Below, in pieces: positions 1-8,379 of a DNA stretch of 37,134 bases. The notes under the pieces were generated by a model. The model was not told the DNA's origin and did no database searches. It worked only from the letters and a program-made list of their open reading frames with translations. Each line of letters starts with the position of its first letter. The stretch's first letter is position 1. The DNA is from a virus (taxonomy: Duplodnaviria > Caudoviricetes), in the IMG/VR virus record IMGVR_UViG_3300037423_002034, positions 1-37,134 of that record; one strand, written 5' to 3'. The translations under genes and the position numbers were made by a program.

Positions 1-127
1 CTTGGGTCCATGCGGGCGGCCATGTAGTTCCAGGCCTTGTGACCCGTCGCAAGGAAGAGACTCAGGTCTTTTTGTCCTAAAGGTTTCCCCCAAAAAGCCG
101 ATACGTATCTTAGGAGGTACGTATGCG
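1..127. repeat. Terminal overlap identical to 37008-37134 (circular assembly overlap)
   Basis: Exact 127-nt match that cuts through the endolysin gene. 127 is a common assembler k-mer size. Confidence 0.95.
78..104 (+). promoter_or_regulatory. Sigma-28 (FliA)-type promoter
   Basis: TAAA (78-81), 15-nt spacer, GCCGATAC (97-104), versus the consensus TAAA-N15-GCCGATAA. AGGAGG and ATG 123 follow. Confidence 0.75.
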
Positions 128-434
128 GGCCATCTTTATTCTCCTGATAAGCCTTTCGTCTCATGCTGAATCAAAGGATCAATGGATCTGCACTGATGAG
201 GCCACGTTGCGCCAAGGAAGCCTCTGGTACGCTTGTGGGGTGGGTGAGGGCACCACAGAGGCCTATGCAAGGCAAAAGGCCTTAGAGCACGCGATAGACG
301 AGTTTAAAAGCCTTTGCCAGATGAGCTCAGATTGCCGGGGAAAAGATACTTCGGCAGAGCCAAAAAGAACCACCTGCATGACTGGGGAAGGATGGTGGAA
401 GTGCTATAGGCTTATTCAGATCAGTGTGGATTAG
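123..434 (+). CDS. Secreted Cys-rich small protein (moron-like)
   Basis: N-terminal signal peptide MRAIFILLISLSSHA, 6 Cys, strong SD AGGAGG, own promoter. Confidence 0.75.
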   Translation: MRAIFILLISLSSHAESKDQWICTDEATLRQGSLWYACGVGEGTTEAYARQKALEHAIDEFKSLCQMSSDCRGKDTSAEPKRTTCMTGEGWWKCYRLIQISVD

Positions 435-607
435 GGTTTTCTCAAGTATCGCTGGATTGTGGATGCGCTAACTTCATGGCCCTCGCATGAGAGAATATAC
501 TGAATCATGCGCGAGCTCATGCCGCAGATATTGAGCTGTTCAACGCGCTTGGCCACTCGGCCATTGATACGATAAGAGATAGCTTTACGGCAATGCGGGC
601 ACTTCAA
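431..607 (-). CDS. 58-aa CxxC plus HTH DNA-binding protein (not in ORF track)
   Basis: The TTG start overlaps the upstream TGA. Translates MKCPHCRK...GMSSRMIQYILSCEGHEVSASTIQRYLRKP, an HTH pattern. Confidence 0.65.
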   Translation of the reverse strand: MKCPHCRKAISYRINGRVAKRVEQLNICGMSSRMIQYILSCEGHEVSASTIQRYLRKP

Positions 608-963
608 ACTTTTTCTCCAAGCTTGATTTTAAGTTTCATAAGCTCATAGGCTTCCATGAGCGTCTCCACCTTGTATTGCCTTCTCACCACATCGTTCAAG
701 CCGTAACTGAACTCTTTTTTGACCTGTTCCTTTTTCTCCTGGGAGCGCTCATAGGCATTCTTCACTTCCCAAAAATCGTTCTTTAGCGGAGGGTCCGAGG
801 GTTTTCTTTGCCCAATCCAGTTATCCACAGCTTTAGCCAGATAGGGAGCCGGGATTTTGGAAACGTAGCCACCAACCAGGTTTACCATCTCGCTATCGAA
901 GTTCTTAGCCCCAAAGCGGACCTTAAGCCGCTCAATTTGCCTTAGAAAATCTTCCCTCGTCAT
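604..963 (-). CDS. Putative helicase loader/inhibitor (SPP1 G39P-like N-terminus)
   Basis: MTREDFLRQIERLKVRFG...YLAKAVDNWIG...PPLKNDF resembles G39P-type loaders. The start may be 990 or 963. Confidence 0.45.
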   Translation of the reverse strand: MTREDFLRQIERLKVRFGAKNFDSEMVNLVGGYVSKIPAPYLAKAVDNWIGQRKPSDPPLKNDFWEVKNAYERSQEKKEQVKKEFSYGLNDVVRRQYKVETLMEAYELMKLKIKLGEKV

Positions 964-1042
964 TTGATCAAAAACCCCGAAATCACCCATGTAAGGGCAC
1001 CGATTAGAATCAATGTCTTTATGAGCTGATATGTTTCATCCA

Positions 1043-1384
1043 TCAATCCACCTGTCGTTTAATGGCAGAGGATTCTATTTTATATTCGATGTATTCCGCG
1101 TCAAAGTTTTTAAGCAAGAGTTCATATCTTCGGCGCTCCTGGTTGTACTCGGCTTCTTTTTGAGTGTGGCCCCTGAGGAAGGCTTTCCAATCCTCAGAGG
1201 CCAGAGCGTTTGCTTCTCGCTCGGCATGGCTTTTCCCTAATGCCTTGATGGTTAGGGCTGCAAGAAGGGCTTTCTTATTGCCATCAAGTTCAAGGAATTG
1301 ATGTTCTACGAGGAACAATCGCTCTATTTGTTTATCTATTCGACTTAAGGCTTTCTTAAGCCTAGATTCCTGACCAAGTATCAT
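1043..1384 (-). CDS. Coiled-coil recombination mediator-like protein (UvsY-like)
   Basis: Helical protein with KSHAEREANALASEDWK, directly downstream of the SSB. Start uncertain (track gives 1477). Confidence 0.4.
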   Translation of the reverse strand: MILGQESRLKKALSRIDKQIERLFLVEHQFLELDGNKKALLAALTIKALGKSHAEREANALASEDWKAFLRGHTQKEAEYNQERRRYELLLKNFDAEYIEYKIESSAIKRQVD

Positions 1385-1889
1385 CTTCCCCACTATCGTC
1401 GGCATCCCATAAGGGCTCAGCCGGCTCTGAGTTTGAAGGCGGCAATGCCTCGGATGGCTTTGCGTCTTTGTGCTCAAGGATGTTCAGTGGCACCGCTTGG
1501 ATTTTTGCCATCATGGCTGCACTCGGCTGTTCCTTGGCAGGAATAAGCATATAAACCGTGTCAGTGCCAGCCCCGCGTCTTGAGATCTTTAGGGCTGTTT
1601 GCTCTAAGTTATAGTCATCGGCAATATCAGCCAGCTGATTATAGATGGTAAGGCCGAATTCGAAGACCTTGGCCTTTAGATCCTTATCGATGAAGTTCAG
1701 GCGAAAGCGGCTCTTTGCCCCTTGAATGCCCTTATCAACAACCTTGGACTTGCCGTTTTCCCAGATCTGATAAAACTCGTAAACCTCGCCGCGAAAGACG
1801 CCAATGATACTTTCGCCATCCTTAAGTTTTAAAAACTTGTCTGAGCTTGCGCCACCGCTTGAGGTGATTTCTCTTTTTGTGAACTTCAC
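1362..1889 (-). CDS. Single-stranded DNA-binding protein
   Basis: KFLKLKDGESIIGVF N-terminus, beta-rich core, acidic aromatic tail (WDADDSGEDDTWSGI). Adjacent to the exonuclease. Confidence 0.7.
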   Translation of the reverse strand: MKFTKREITSSGGASSDKFLKLKDGESIIGVFRGEVYEFYQIWENGKSKVVDKGIQGAKSRFRLNFIDKDLKAKVFEFGLTIYNQLADIADDYNLEQTALKISRRGAGTDTVYMLIPAKEQPSAAMMAKIQAVPLNILEHKDAKPSEALPPSNSEPAEPLWDADDSGEDDTWSGI

Positions 1890-2656
1890 TTATCACTCCT
1901 TTTGGTCAATAGACCCGTTTTAAGTGCATTTTTGTATTGATCACAGACCGAAGAGGCATCACACCAGTCTGCGCATCTCCGTCCACCCCAGGTGTCCGCA
2001 AAGGTGCATTCAGGAAGCTCTTCCTTGGCCCGAATAAGGGCTCTTATTTTTCCCTCAATATAAGCCCTCGTCTTTTCATGGGGCCAAAGAGCAATCGGCT
2101 TGGTCATAACTTTTATTTGTGGGTAGCCAGGGTCAGCCTCAGCGTCCTTTTTGCTCCAGTCCTTCAGAATTCCGCAGACTAGGAGCTGGCTTACTTCGTA
2201 GCCGTTTTCATACATCAAAAGGCGGCCTACATTCATCTGTGCCGTCCACTCGGCCTTAGCTCCATTCTTTTTGTGAAAGGCCCACGCCTTCGTGGTTTTC
2301 CAATCCCACAGGGTCCTAGTGTCGGACTCAAAGAAGTCGATCTGGGCAGATACGATGTAGGATTTGCCATCGACGGTGAAGTCATAAAAGAAGCGACGCT
2401 CAACAAGATCAATCCCATGACGTTCGCCACGTTCAATGATCAGGTGAAGGCCAGAGCCGATCATGGAGTCGATTCTCGAGAGAACATCGATCTCAAGTTC
2501 ATTATTATGTTTCTCGATCAGAGCTGCCGCTCTTGGCGGGACGGCAAGACCCGTGGCCGAGAAGTCCGAGTCTCCTTTGGAATAAGGGTCTGATTGTGCG
2601 GCACGAAAGATCGGATCAGGAATGTCGTACTTATTGATTAGCTTCATCCCAGGCAA
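1886..2656 (-). CDS. Cas4/RecB-like PD-(D/E)XK exonuclease
   Basis: Motifs SATGL, GSGLH..IE, VERRF, AQID, DWKT and Q, plus a C-terminal Cys cluster (C...CADWC....C). Confidence 0.8.
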   Translation of the reverse strand: MPGMKLINKYDIPDPIFRAAQSDPYSKGDSDFSATGLAVPPRAAALIEKHNNELEIDVLSRIDSMIGSGLHLIIERGERHGIDLVERRFFYDFTVDGKSYIVSAQIDFFESDTRTLWDWKTTKAWAFHKKNGAKAEWTAQMNVGRLLMYENGYEVSQLLVCGILKDWSKKDAEADPGYPQIKVMTKPIALWPHEKTRAYIEGKIRALIRAKEELPECTFADTWGGRRCADWCDASSVCDQYKNALKTGLLTKRSDK

Positions 2657-2706
2657 TCAATCATGCATCACCAGATGACGCAATCGATGACTGTTCGAGT
2701 TAATCT

Positions 2707-2928
2707 TTATCCAGTTCGTCGTTTGTATTTGCGTTTGGCTTCCGGCGGCGTGAGTTTCCGGCGCTCGGCGAGCTCTACGATGAACTTGCAGCGCCCACAA
2801 GTCACTTGCGCAAAATCCTCAGTCACGATGGGTTGGTGAAGGAAGGTCGCCTGGTGATGGCAAATAGTTCCGTCGTCCTCTTTGAGATGGACCGCAAAGA
2901 CCCGTTCTTTCGCTTCAGCTCTTGGCAT
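2707..2928 (-). CDS. Small putative Zn-binding hypothetical protein
   Basis: H..C...CGRC motif. Likely start at MPRAEAK. Confidence 0.5.
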   Translation of the reverse strand: MPRAEAKERVFAVHLKEDDGTICHHQATFLHQPIVTEDFAQVTCGRCKFIVELAERRKLTPPEAKRKYKRRTG

Positions 2929-3574
2929 TATCCCACCCCGAGGTAGTTGAGAGTGCGTGTTCAAGAGCGTGCATCGACCCAAGCGTGTCTTCGGAAGATT
3001 TCCAATGTATCAATGCTCGCTTAGCCGCTCCCCGCAAATGCTGAAGTGCTACGAGGAGGGAGTCGCGCTCTTTTCGCAATATGTTTGCGCTTTGGCCGTT
3101 TTCCATAGCCTGCAAGAAGTGCTGACTTGAGGCCTTCTCCGATTGATCCAGCTTAGCCTTTAAGGCATCGTTCTCGAGCACAATGTCACCAATGCTGCGC
3201 TTGTCGACATTGGAAAGAAAACTATGCGCCGCCCTATGCGCCTCCAGCTTAGCCTTCAGCGCGGCGACTTGAGCGGACATTTCATATCGCCCGCGCAATC
3301 GACCTTCCTCCCAGCCTGAACACGTAATCGCACATGGATGATCGAATCCAGCCTTAAGCGCTCTATCGAATGACTCCGGCCCCAGCTCGAGGAGGTGGTT
3401 GAAGAGCGCTGCGGCGCCAGTGATGAACGCTTCTTGCCGTTCAAAATTCACTTCATATTTCATGAGCGTTTCATACCCCGAATGATCCTTGCCGCCATAT
3501 TTAGGCTCATAGATCTTTTCAGCTTCAGAAGCCTTTTCTGCCCATTCGCGAATCGCCGGCGGTAGGTTGGTCAT
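2915..3574 (-). CDS. Hypothetical coiled-coil early protein
   Basis: 219-aa ORF with ATGA coupling to the upstream gene. Confidence 0.65.
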   Translation of the reverse strand: MTNLPPAIREWAEKASEAEKIYEPKYGGKDHSGYETLMKYEVNFERQEAFITGAAALFNHLLELGPESFDRALKAGFDHPCAITCSGWEEGRLRGRYEMSAQVAALKAKLEAHRAAHSFLSNVDKRSIGDIVLENDALKAKLDQSEKASSQHFLQAMENGQSANILRKERDSLLVALQHLRGAAKRALIHWKSSEDTLGSMHALEHALSTTSGWDNAKS

Positions 3575-3807
3575 AGTGGTCCCAAGTCGAGAATGTCTTT
3601 TGACGAAAAGCTCTTGTCATCTCTCGGATCATCTAAAAAATTGCAAAAGCTGCTATTCAGAACATCGGTCGTTTCATGCTCTGCAAAGAAAAAGAGGTCT
3701 CCAAGGAACGTGCCTGGAAGCCCATATCCCAACTGGAACGTAGGGATATGAAGCCATACGCGTGGCTGAATATTGCCAGATTCATCTACAACTTTTTGGA
3801 AGCTCAC
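3571..3807 (-). CDS. Hypothetical protein
   Basis: Abuts both neighbours in the leftward operon. Confidence 0.55.
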   Translation of the reverse strand: MSFQKVVDESGNIQPRVWLHIPTFQLGYGLPGTFLGDLFFFAEHETTDVLNSSFCNFLDDPRDDKSFSSKDILDLGPL

Positions 3808-4176
3808 TCATTCCCCCTTCAAAATCGCCAAAACTTCGGCGCGGGCTTTACATAAGTAACAACCACATAAAGTGTCGATGACACATGCGCCGACGAACGC
3901 TGCTATCTTTTGAGAGCTCTCCAGAGCCTTATCCATGCGTCTAACTGCTGCCAGCAGGCGAGCGATGTCGGTGGGTGCGTTGGCGATGAGTTCGGCGTCT
4001 TTGGCCGTAAGACTAAATATCGAATCCCAGTCGCCGTGTTCATGATTAGTAAAGACAGCATGGACGTGCATTTTGTTTACGCTAAGACTTCGCGTGCCAG
4101 CATCCTTCCACGGCCCAGGCGTCGCCTTATTCAAGCGGCTTTCAATCGGCGCCAATAGTTTTTCTAGATCGGTCAT
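3808..4176 (-). CDS. Hypothetical phage early protein (ATPGPW...DAELIANAP family, Ead/Ea22-like)
   Basis: The KATPGPW and DAELIANAPTDI motifs are typical of small early phage proteins. Confidence 0.7.
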   Translation of the reverse strand: MTDLEKLLAPIESRLNKATPGPWKDAGTRSLSVNKMHVHAVFTNHEHGDWDSIFSLTAKDAELIANAPTDIARLLAAVRRMDKALESSQKIAAFVGACVIDTLCGCYLCKARAEVLAILKGE

Positions 4177-4199
4177 AAATCAGCTTTCCTTAGTGTTAG

Positions 4200-4514
4200 T
4201 TATCGCAAATCCTGACCAATCATCAGACTTAATAAAACAGGGCCTATGCCTTCGCCACACGAGCCATAGTTTGCAAGCCAAACATCGGTGTATTTATCCA
4301 TAGTGAAGTAGCCGCCCTTGTAGCCCATGAAAGTCTCGCCGAGAGATTCCTTAGCATCTTTCAACATCTCCGCTACAGTGACATTCTCTTTTGGTTCAAA
4401 AGCTAACTGGTCATAGTACCCGCGATAAGAGTGTGGCCTACCGAATCCAAGCTTCACGGCCTGTGATTTGTCTGCGACCTTTTCTAAAGTTTCTATCAAT
4501 TGACCTAAAGTCAT
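4200..4514 (-). CDS. Conserved phage hypothetical protein (PHSYRGYYDQLAFEP...GYKGG)
   Basis: SD AAGGAG. The motif is recognisable from phage hypothetical proteins. Confidence 0.75.
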   Translation of the reverse strand: MTLGQLIETLEKVADKSQAVKLGFGRPHSYRGYYDQLAFEPKENVTVAEMLKDAKESLGETFMGYKGGYFTMDKYTDVWLANYGSCGEGIGPVLLSLMIGQDLR

Positions 4515-4560
4515 ATGTCTCCTTTTGATTCGCTTGCGTTAATTCTTATCGCAAGTCCTG
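4200..4560. repeat. 15-bp direct repeat (14/15) at 4200-4214 and 4546-4560
   Basis: ttatcgcaaatcctg versus ttatcgcaagtcctg. Both copies encode QDLR-stop on the minus strand. Confidence 0.8.
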
Positions 4561-4722
4561 TTTTGAGGTATCCGCATCTTGTATTTGCTTTAAGATAAAC
4601 TCCAAAACAGCGCTCAGTCTGACTTCCTTACTGCCTCCCCAATGAACCCAGATTTTGTCTGTGTCGATTTCTTGTCGAATGTTCGACATCGGTGTTGGCA
4701 TTGATACTTTCACTTTTTCCAT
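4546..4722 (-). CDS. 58-aa hypothetical protein (not in ORF track)
   Basis: SD AAGGAG. MEKVKVSMP...SKQDLR fills the operon gap. Confidence 0.6.
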   Translation of the reverse strand: MEKVKVSMPTPMSNIRQEIDTDKIWVHWGGSKEVRLSAVLEFILKQIQDADTSKQDLR

Positions 4723-4725
4723 GTC

Positions 4726-5076
4726 TCACTCCTTCCCCTTCTCCGCCGCCTCAATCGCAGCGTCGAGTTTGGCGAGGACCTGGTGCGATTCCTCGTTAAA
4801 ATCAATTTCATCTAGAATGTTTCTGTCCGATAATATATCCACACACTCCATCATCGCGTCCAGGAGAGGCTTGAGGCGGGCGAAGCCGTCTTTCACTTCG
4901 CATTCGCAGAAATCTCGCTCATGGCAGTTTGGCAATTGCGAACCCGGCCTAGCTATCAAGCATGTGCCCTTACCAGGTGTCCCACGGTATTCCACCAGCT
5001 TCATCAATCTGTCGAGGCGGTTGGTCATTTGCGGCCCCTCTGCATGTTCACAACGGCCACGATGATCATGCACCAT
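4726..5076 (-). CDS. Hypothetical protein
   Basis: In the operon. The true start may be MTNRLDRL. Confidence 0.55.
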   Translation of the reverse strand: MVHDHRGRCEHAEGPQMTNRLDRLMKLVEYRGTPGKGTCLIARPGSQLPNCHERDFCECEVKDGFARLKPLLDAMMECVDILSDRNILDEIDFNEESHQVLAKLDAAIEAAEKGKE

Positions 5077-5095
5077 ACAAGAAACATTAGCGGGG

Positions 5096-5485
5096 TCATT
5101 TCTTCCCTTCCTTCCAAGCGGTGAAGCGCGAGAGGGCTTGGCATGCAGAACACTCAGTCACAACTCTGTCTTCACCATCGAAGTACTTACTGCCTAAAAG
5201 GCAATAATGAGATTTTAATACCTCAGTAAGCATCTCGGCTTGGGCTTGGAGTTCGGCCAACTGTGCGGCGAGGGCGTCGCGTTCTCTGAGGGCGAATGCC
5301 AGGGCAGCGTCCTGGCGGCTGAAATTTAAGGTCGCCCTCAGCTCATCCCGCTCTTTCTTGAGCGCTTCGTATGCCCTAGTCGCATCGTCATAATTAATTA
5401 ACATTTCACCCTGGTCATAAGTGAAACGAATTCCGTAAGGCCAAGGATATTCACTCGTCTCGCTTGGGCGGTCTTGGTCGGTCAT
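5096..5485 (-). CDS. Hypothetical coiled-coil protein
   Basis: ATGA coupling and a heptad pattern. Confidence 0.6.
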   Translation of the reverse strand: MTDQDRPSETSEYPWPYGIRFTYDQGEMLINYDDATRAYEALKKERDELRATLNFSRQDAALAFALRERDALAAQLAELQAQAEMLTEVLKSHYCLLGSKYFDGEDRVVTECSACQALSRFTAWKEGKK

Positions 5486-5718
5486 TGAAACTCCAAGCCA
5501 TTGCGACTAAGAATTTCAACGCCATTTTTTTTGAGTTCTTGAAGGATTCGATTCATATTAAAATCCAAGCTGGCCTCTGCAGAAGCTTTCGTTTGATAAA
5601 TAAATCCGCTATCCAATGTAGTTTGTTTGCCGTCGGGGGTTTTGAGGCATACTTCCGCTCGCCACATGGCCGTCTTTTCGCATTCCTCGACCCCTCCACT
5701 TAAATTAAATTCGCTCAC
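5482..5718 (-). CDS. Hypothetical protein
   Basis: GTGA overlap and SD. Confidence 0.6.
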   Translation of the reverse strand: MSEFNLSGGVEECEKTAMWRAEVCLKTPDGKQTTLDSGFIYQTKASAEASLDFNMNRILQELKKNGVEILSRNGLEFQ

Positions 5719-6026
5719 TCCCCCACCTCTTTCATCAGGGCGTCGAAGGCAGCGATGGCGCGTTCAGCCAGTCGCGCGGGGCCAGATGTGCCGCCACCTC
5801 GTTTCAAATCGCCATACGCTCGCATGTGCGCGCCAATGACTTCTTGTAGAGCCACACGCATCTCCTTCACCGCCCCGTGGTTCAGCGCTGCCTTGGCGCC
5901 GGCTTGAAAGCCTAGACATAAAAACGAATATACGTGCAGCTTATGGCGACCAATACGCAGATGTTCTTGGTAATCATCCCATTTCTTCTGCGCATACTCC
6001 TCAGCCATCTCGGCTAGCGTTTTCAT
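5715..6026 (-). CDS. Hypothetical protein
   Basis: ATGA overlap, SD GAGGAG. Confidence 0.6.
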   Translation of the reverse strand: MKTLAEMAEEYAQKKWDDYQEHLRIGRHKLHVYSFLCLGFQAGAKAALNHGAVKEMRVALQEVIGAHMRAYGDLKRGGGTSGPARLAERAIAAFDALMKEVGE

Positions 6027-6232
6027 GGGCGCTCCTCATCCAAGGAAAGAAGTTGCACTGCTAATATTTTGTCGTGAGGAATAATAATCGTAGTATGCAA
6101 ACCGTTCAGAGTAAGTTGGCCTGGCTCCGATATCTTCATTTTCTTAGCTTCTTCAAATTGTTCTGAACTGGGTAATGAACAGGAGAAAGATAGCTCCGTA
6201 GACAGCCATACGGTGATTTTTCCGGCTCTCAT
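6023..6232 (-). CDS. Hypothetical protein
   Basis: ATGA overlap, SD AAGGAG. Confidence 0.55.
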   Translation of the reverse strand: MRAGKITVWLSTELSFSCSLPSSEQFEEAKKMKISEPGQLTLNGLHTTIIIPHDKILAVQLLSLDEERP

Positions 6233-6483
6233 AGTACATCTCCTTCTGCCTCAAGAAACAGCAAGAGCATAAGGATTCGCTGCTCTTTGGTGGGAAGAGT
6301 GAAGAATCTTTCTCTTTCGTCACAGTTGTACCAAAATGCCAACTCACTGCGGTCAAAGAACCATGCATATCTAGTAAGATGCAGTCCGCCGCCGACCTCC
6401 GCTAAGGCCAGGCACGAATACCAGCCAGTTCTTTCCACCAACTCACAAGCCTTGTAAATGATCTCACGCTCGGCTTTGGTCAT
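6229..6483 (-). CDS. Hypothetical protein
   Basis: Probable start MTKAERE overlaps the upstream stop. Confidence 0.55.
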   Translation of the reverse strand: MTKAEREIIYKACELVERTGWYSCLALAEVGGGLHLTRYAWFFDRSELAFWYNCDERERFFTLPTKEQRILMLLLFLEAEGDVL

Positions 6484-6668
6484 TTGGATTCTCGCTCTCT
6501 GATCGGGCGCCAAAACCTTTCGAAGTCACCTTGAGGCCCGAACAGTTTGGACGAAATCCGCGCCAGGCGAACGCCGTTAGCCATGTGAGCATTATAGTCT
6601 TCGTAATATTGATCAGCGATCTTCCTGAGTTTGTTGAGCCGCTTGCGCTCTAGATCGGTTAGGTTCAC
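6480..6668 (-). CDS. Hypothetical protein
   Basis: GTGA overlap with the VRR-NUC stop (track start 6680). Confidence 0.5.
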   Translation of the reverse strand: MNLTDLERKRLNKLRKIADQYYEDYNAHMANGVRLARISSKLFGPQGDFERFWRPIRERESK

Positions 6669-7000
6669 GCCACACTCCAATGTTTCAATTTTTCTTCGAC
6701 TTCTTCAACGGATCTTGCCACCATTGCAATCCCGCCGTGCTCCTTCACGTTCTGAAGGAAGATCTTTTGATGCTCGCTTAAAACTCCGCGAGCGCTCTTT
6801 ACTTCAATTGCGAGTAAACGAGAATTGTAAATCCCAATGATGTCAGCGACACCGCGAGTATATAAAGCCCCAGCCTTGCGAAAGCGTCCAAGCTTTTGAT
6901 CATAAATGCCCACCGTTTGTGTCTTCCATGCGAAGATCCGTTTTGATTTCAAGTAGTGAAGAATCATGTTTTCAATCCGTTTCTCGGGCTGAGACATCAC
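6665..7000 (-). CDS. VRR-NUC nuclease / Holliday junction resolvase
   Basis: E..IE..I..YL, GVADIIG, LAIEVKS..G.LS..Q..F, GG...VARS. Confidence 0.88.
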   Translation of the reverse strand: MMSQPEKRIENMILHYLKSKRIFAWKTQTVGIYDQKLGRFRKAGALYTRGVADIIGIYNSRLLAIEVKSARGVLSEHQKIFLQNVKEHGGIAMVARSVEEVEEKLKHWSVA

Positions 7001-7167
7001 TCACCCCACATCGAGTAAACCTTTTTTTGTTTAGGCTTGGCGTTTTTTATCGCAGCCCGGATCTTCTTATAACAGTTTTGGCAAGTTGGGCTTCCCGATC
7101 TGTTCCCGTAGTAACGGCCAATCTTTTGTTGTTTACAAATCACGCAGATGCGCCCAAGATCAAACAT
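6997..7167 (-). CDS. 56-aa CxxC-CxxC zinc-finger protein (not in ORF track)
   Basis: SD AAGGGGG. MFDLGRICVICK...TCQNCYKK...WGE. Its stop overlaps the VRR-NUC start. Confidence 0.65.
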   Translation of the reverse strand: MFDLGRICVICKQQKIGRYYGNRSGSPTCQNCYKKIRAAIKNAKPKQKKVYSMWGE

Positions 7168-7257
7168 TCTTCCCCCTTAAAGTTTATTGATCAGGGATAA
7201 AGTGTTTGCTCATGTGCTCGTTTTAAGTCAAAGCAAATTGCGTCACAGTTTGCCGCA

Positions 7258-7506
7258 TCATTTGTTTAGTTCGTTCATGATCAGCTCGAAGTAGTAATTA
7301 GCATCTGGGATAGGTAAATCGATGACCTTCCTTGGTCCATCGGCGGTGGTGAGGGTGGCGGAGTCGAGGAGCTCTTGCGGAGTCTCTCCTTCAGCCACTA
7401 GATCTTCGATAAAAACCCAAAGGGCTGCAGGCCTGGGCTTAGCCTCAAGAAGCAGCGCATAAGAGTTGATATGGATTTTAACCTTAGCGCGTCCAAACGG
7501 TTTCAA
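7258..7506 (-). CDS. Hypothetical protein
   Basis: In the leftward operon. Start uncertain. Confidence 0.45.
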   Translation of the reverse strand: MKPFGRAKVKIHINSYALLLEAKPRPAALWVFIEDLVAEGETPQELLDSATLTTADGPRKVIDLPIPDANYYFELIMNELNK

Positions 7507-7644
7507 GCTTCACTCTTTCACCCTTGGCCATTAAAGCGCGTATTAGGCTCAAGGCGCAGCGTAAGACTAGATAGTCCCTCTCCATAGGCCTAATGCCCTT
7601 AGCGAAGGCCTGAGACCATTTGACGCGGTATTTGCGCCTCTTCT

Positions 7645-7980
7645 TCACTGATCACCTTCCGGCACCCGGTCCAAGCCCCCTGTCATCTGAGCAAAGATGA
7701 GCTGTTCAGGCGTTGGTTCTTTTCCCTCGCCAGTAAAGCAAGGAATATTGTCCCGATGGCCATCTTTGAAAGTGAGGCTAAGGGTTGGTGTGCCCCAGGA
7801 GCTTCCTGTGATCCCGGCAATAGCGGGCTCTTTGTCCAGGTCCAAGGTAAAAGCATCGCCTTCAAAAACTGTTGCTGCGGTCCAGCTCCAGTCTTCGGCC
7901 ATCCCCAAAGAGGCTTCGGCAATATCTGCTCGGTTAAGCTCAATTAGTTTCTTGGCTTCTGCATAATCGTACTTCTTCAT
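7645..7980 (-). CDS. Hypothetical protein, first gene after the early promoter
   Basis: SD AGGGGTG, protein-like composition. Confidence 0.7.
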   Translation of the reverse strand: MKKYDYAEAKKLIELNRADIAEASLGMAEDWSWTAATVFEGDAFTLDLDKEPAIAGITGSSWGTPTLSLTFKDGHRDNIPCFTGEGKEPTPEQLIFAQMTGGLDRVPEGDQ

Positions 7981-7999
7981 TCTTCACCCCTATACATTA

Positions 8000-8028
8000 A
8001 CTATAACACAGTGCATCTAAGATGGCTA
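8000..8028 (-). promoter_or_regulatory. Sigma-70 early promoter
   Basis: Minus strand TAGCCA-N17-TATAGT with an extended TG. The spacer carries the palindrome CATCT-N-AGATG. Confidence 0.65.
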
Positions 8029-8379
8029 GCTAATTTTGAGCTCTTGACCTTCGGTATAAACCTGAACCCCGCTCCCAAGGAAATCGCGGATTTGGCGCTC
8101 CATTGTGGGGTTTAAAAAGCTGGTTTCCCGATAAAGCCCCGGGATTCGCTTTAAATCTTCCAGAGTCATTCGGCCTTTTAGGGCTCCAAACGAAGTCAGG
8201 TAAGTGCCTCGATCCGAGAATGAGATCATTTTGCACTTATTCCGGCGGCGGTTCAAAAAGAGCACGAAGTCAGTACCCTTCATTGCCGAGATCGCAATCC
8301 TCTTCTGTTTTAAAAACCCTTTTAACCCATCAATCCCGTATCTGAGATCAGCATCAAAGAAAACCTTAGCTACTGCCAT
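8026..8379 (-). CDS. IS66 accessory protein TnpB (Orf2)-like
   Basis: DLRYGIDGL...FVLFLNRRRNKCKMI..DRGTYL matches the IS66 TnpB pattern DMRKGFDGL...FVFxNRRRDRxKxL.WDxxG..L. Confidence 0.75.
   Translation of the reverse strand: MAVAKVFFDADLRYGIDGLKGFLKQKRIAISAMKGTDFVLFLNRRRNKCKMISFSDRGTYLTSFGALKGRMTLEDLKRIPGLYRETSFLNPTMERQIRDFLGSGVQVYTEGQELKIS

Noticed and set aside
1-127. Biological direct terminal repeat
   Set aside because: The 127-nt length matches an assembler k-mer and it cuts through a gene, so it is a circularisation overlap.
1886-2656. CRISPR-Cas system from the Cas4-like gene
   Set aside because: No repeat-spacer array or other cas genes were seen. Solo Cas4-like exonucleases beside an SSB are common in phages.
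2661-2682. Shared operator (TGCATC..AGATG / TTGCGTCA) with sites near 7238, 8012 and 31572
   Set aside because: The matches are short, with inconsistent spacing and orientation. I cannot distinguish them from chance by eye.
8026-8379. RNA-guided TnpB (IS200/IS605, Cas12 ancestor)
   Set aside because: Only the name is shared. The protein is 117 aa with no RuvC motifs and matches the unrelated IS66 accessory protein.
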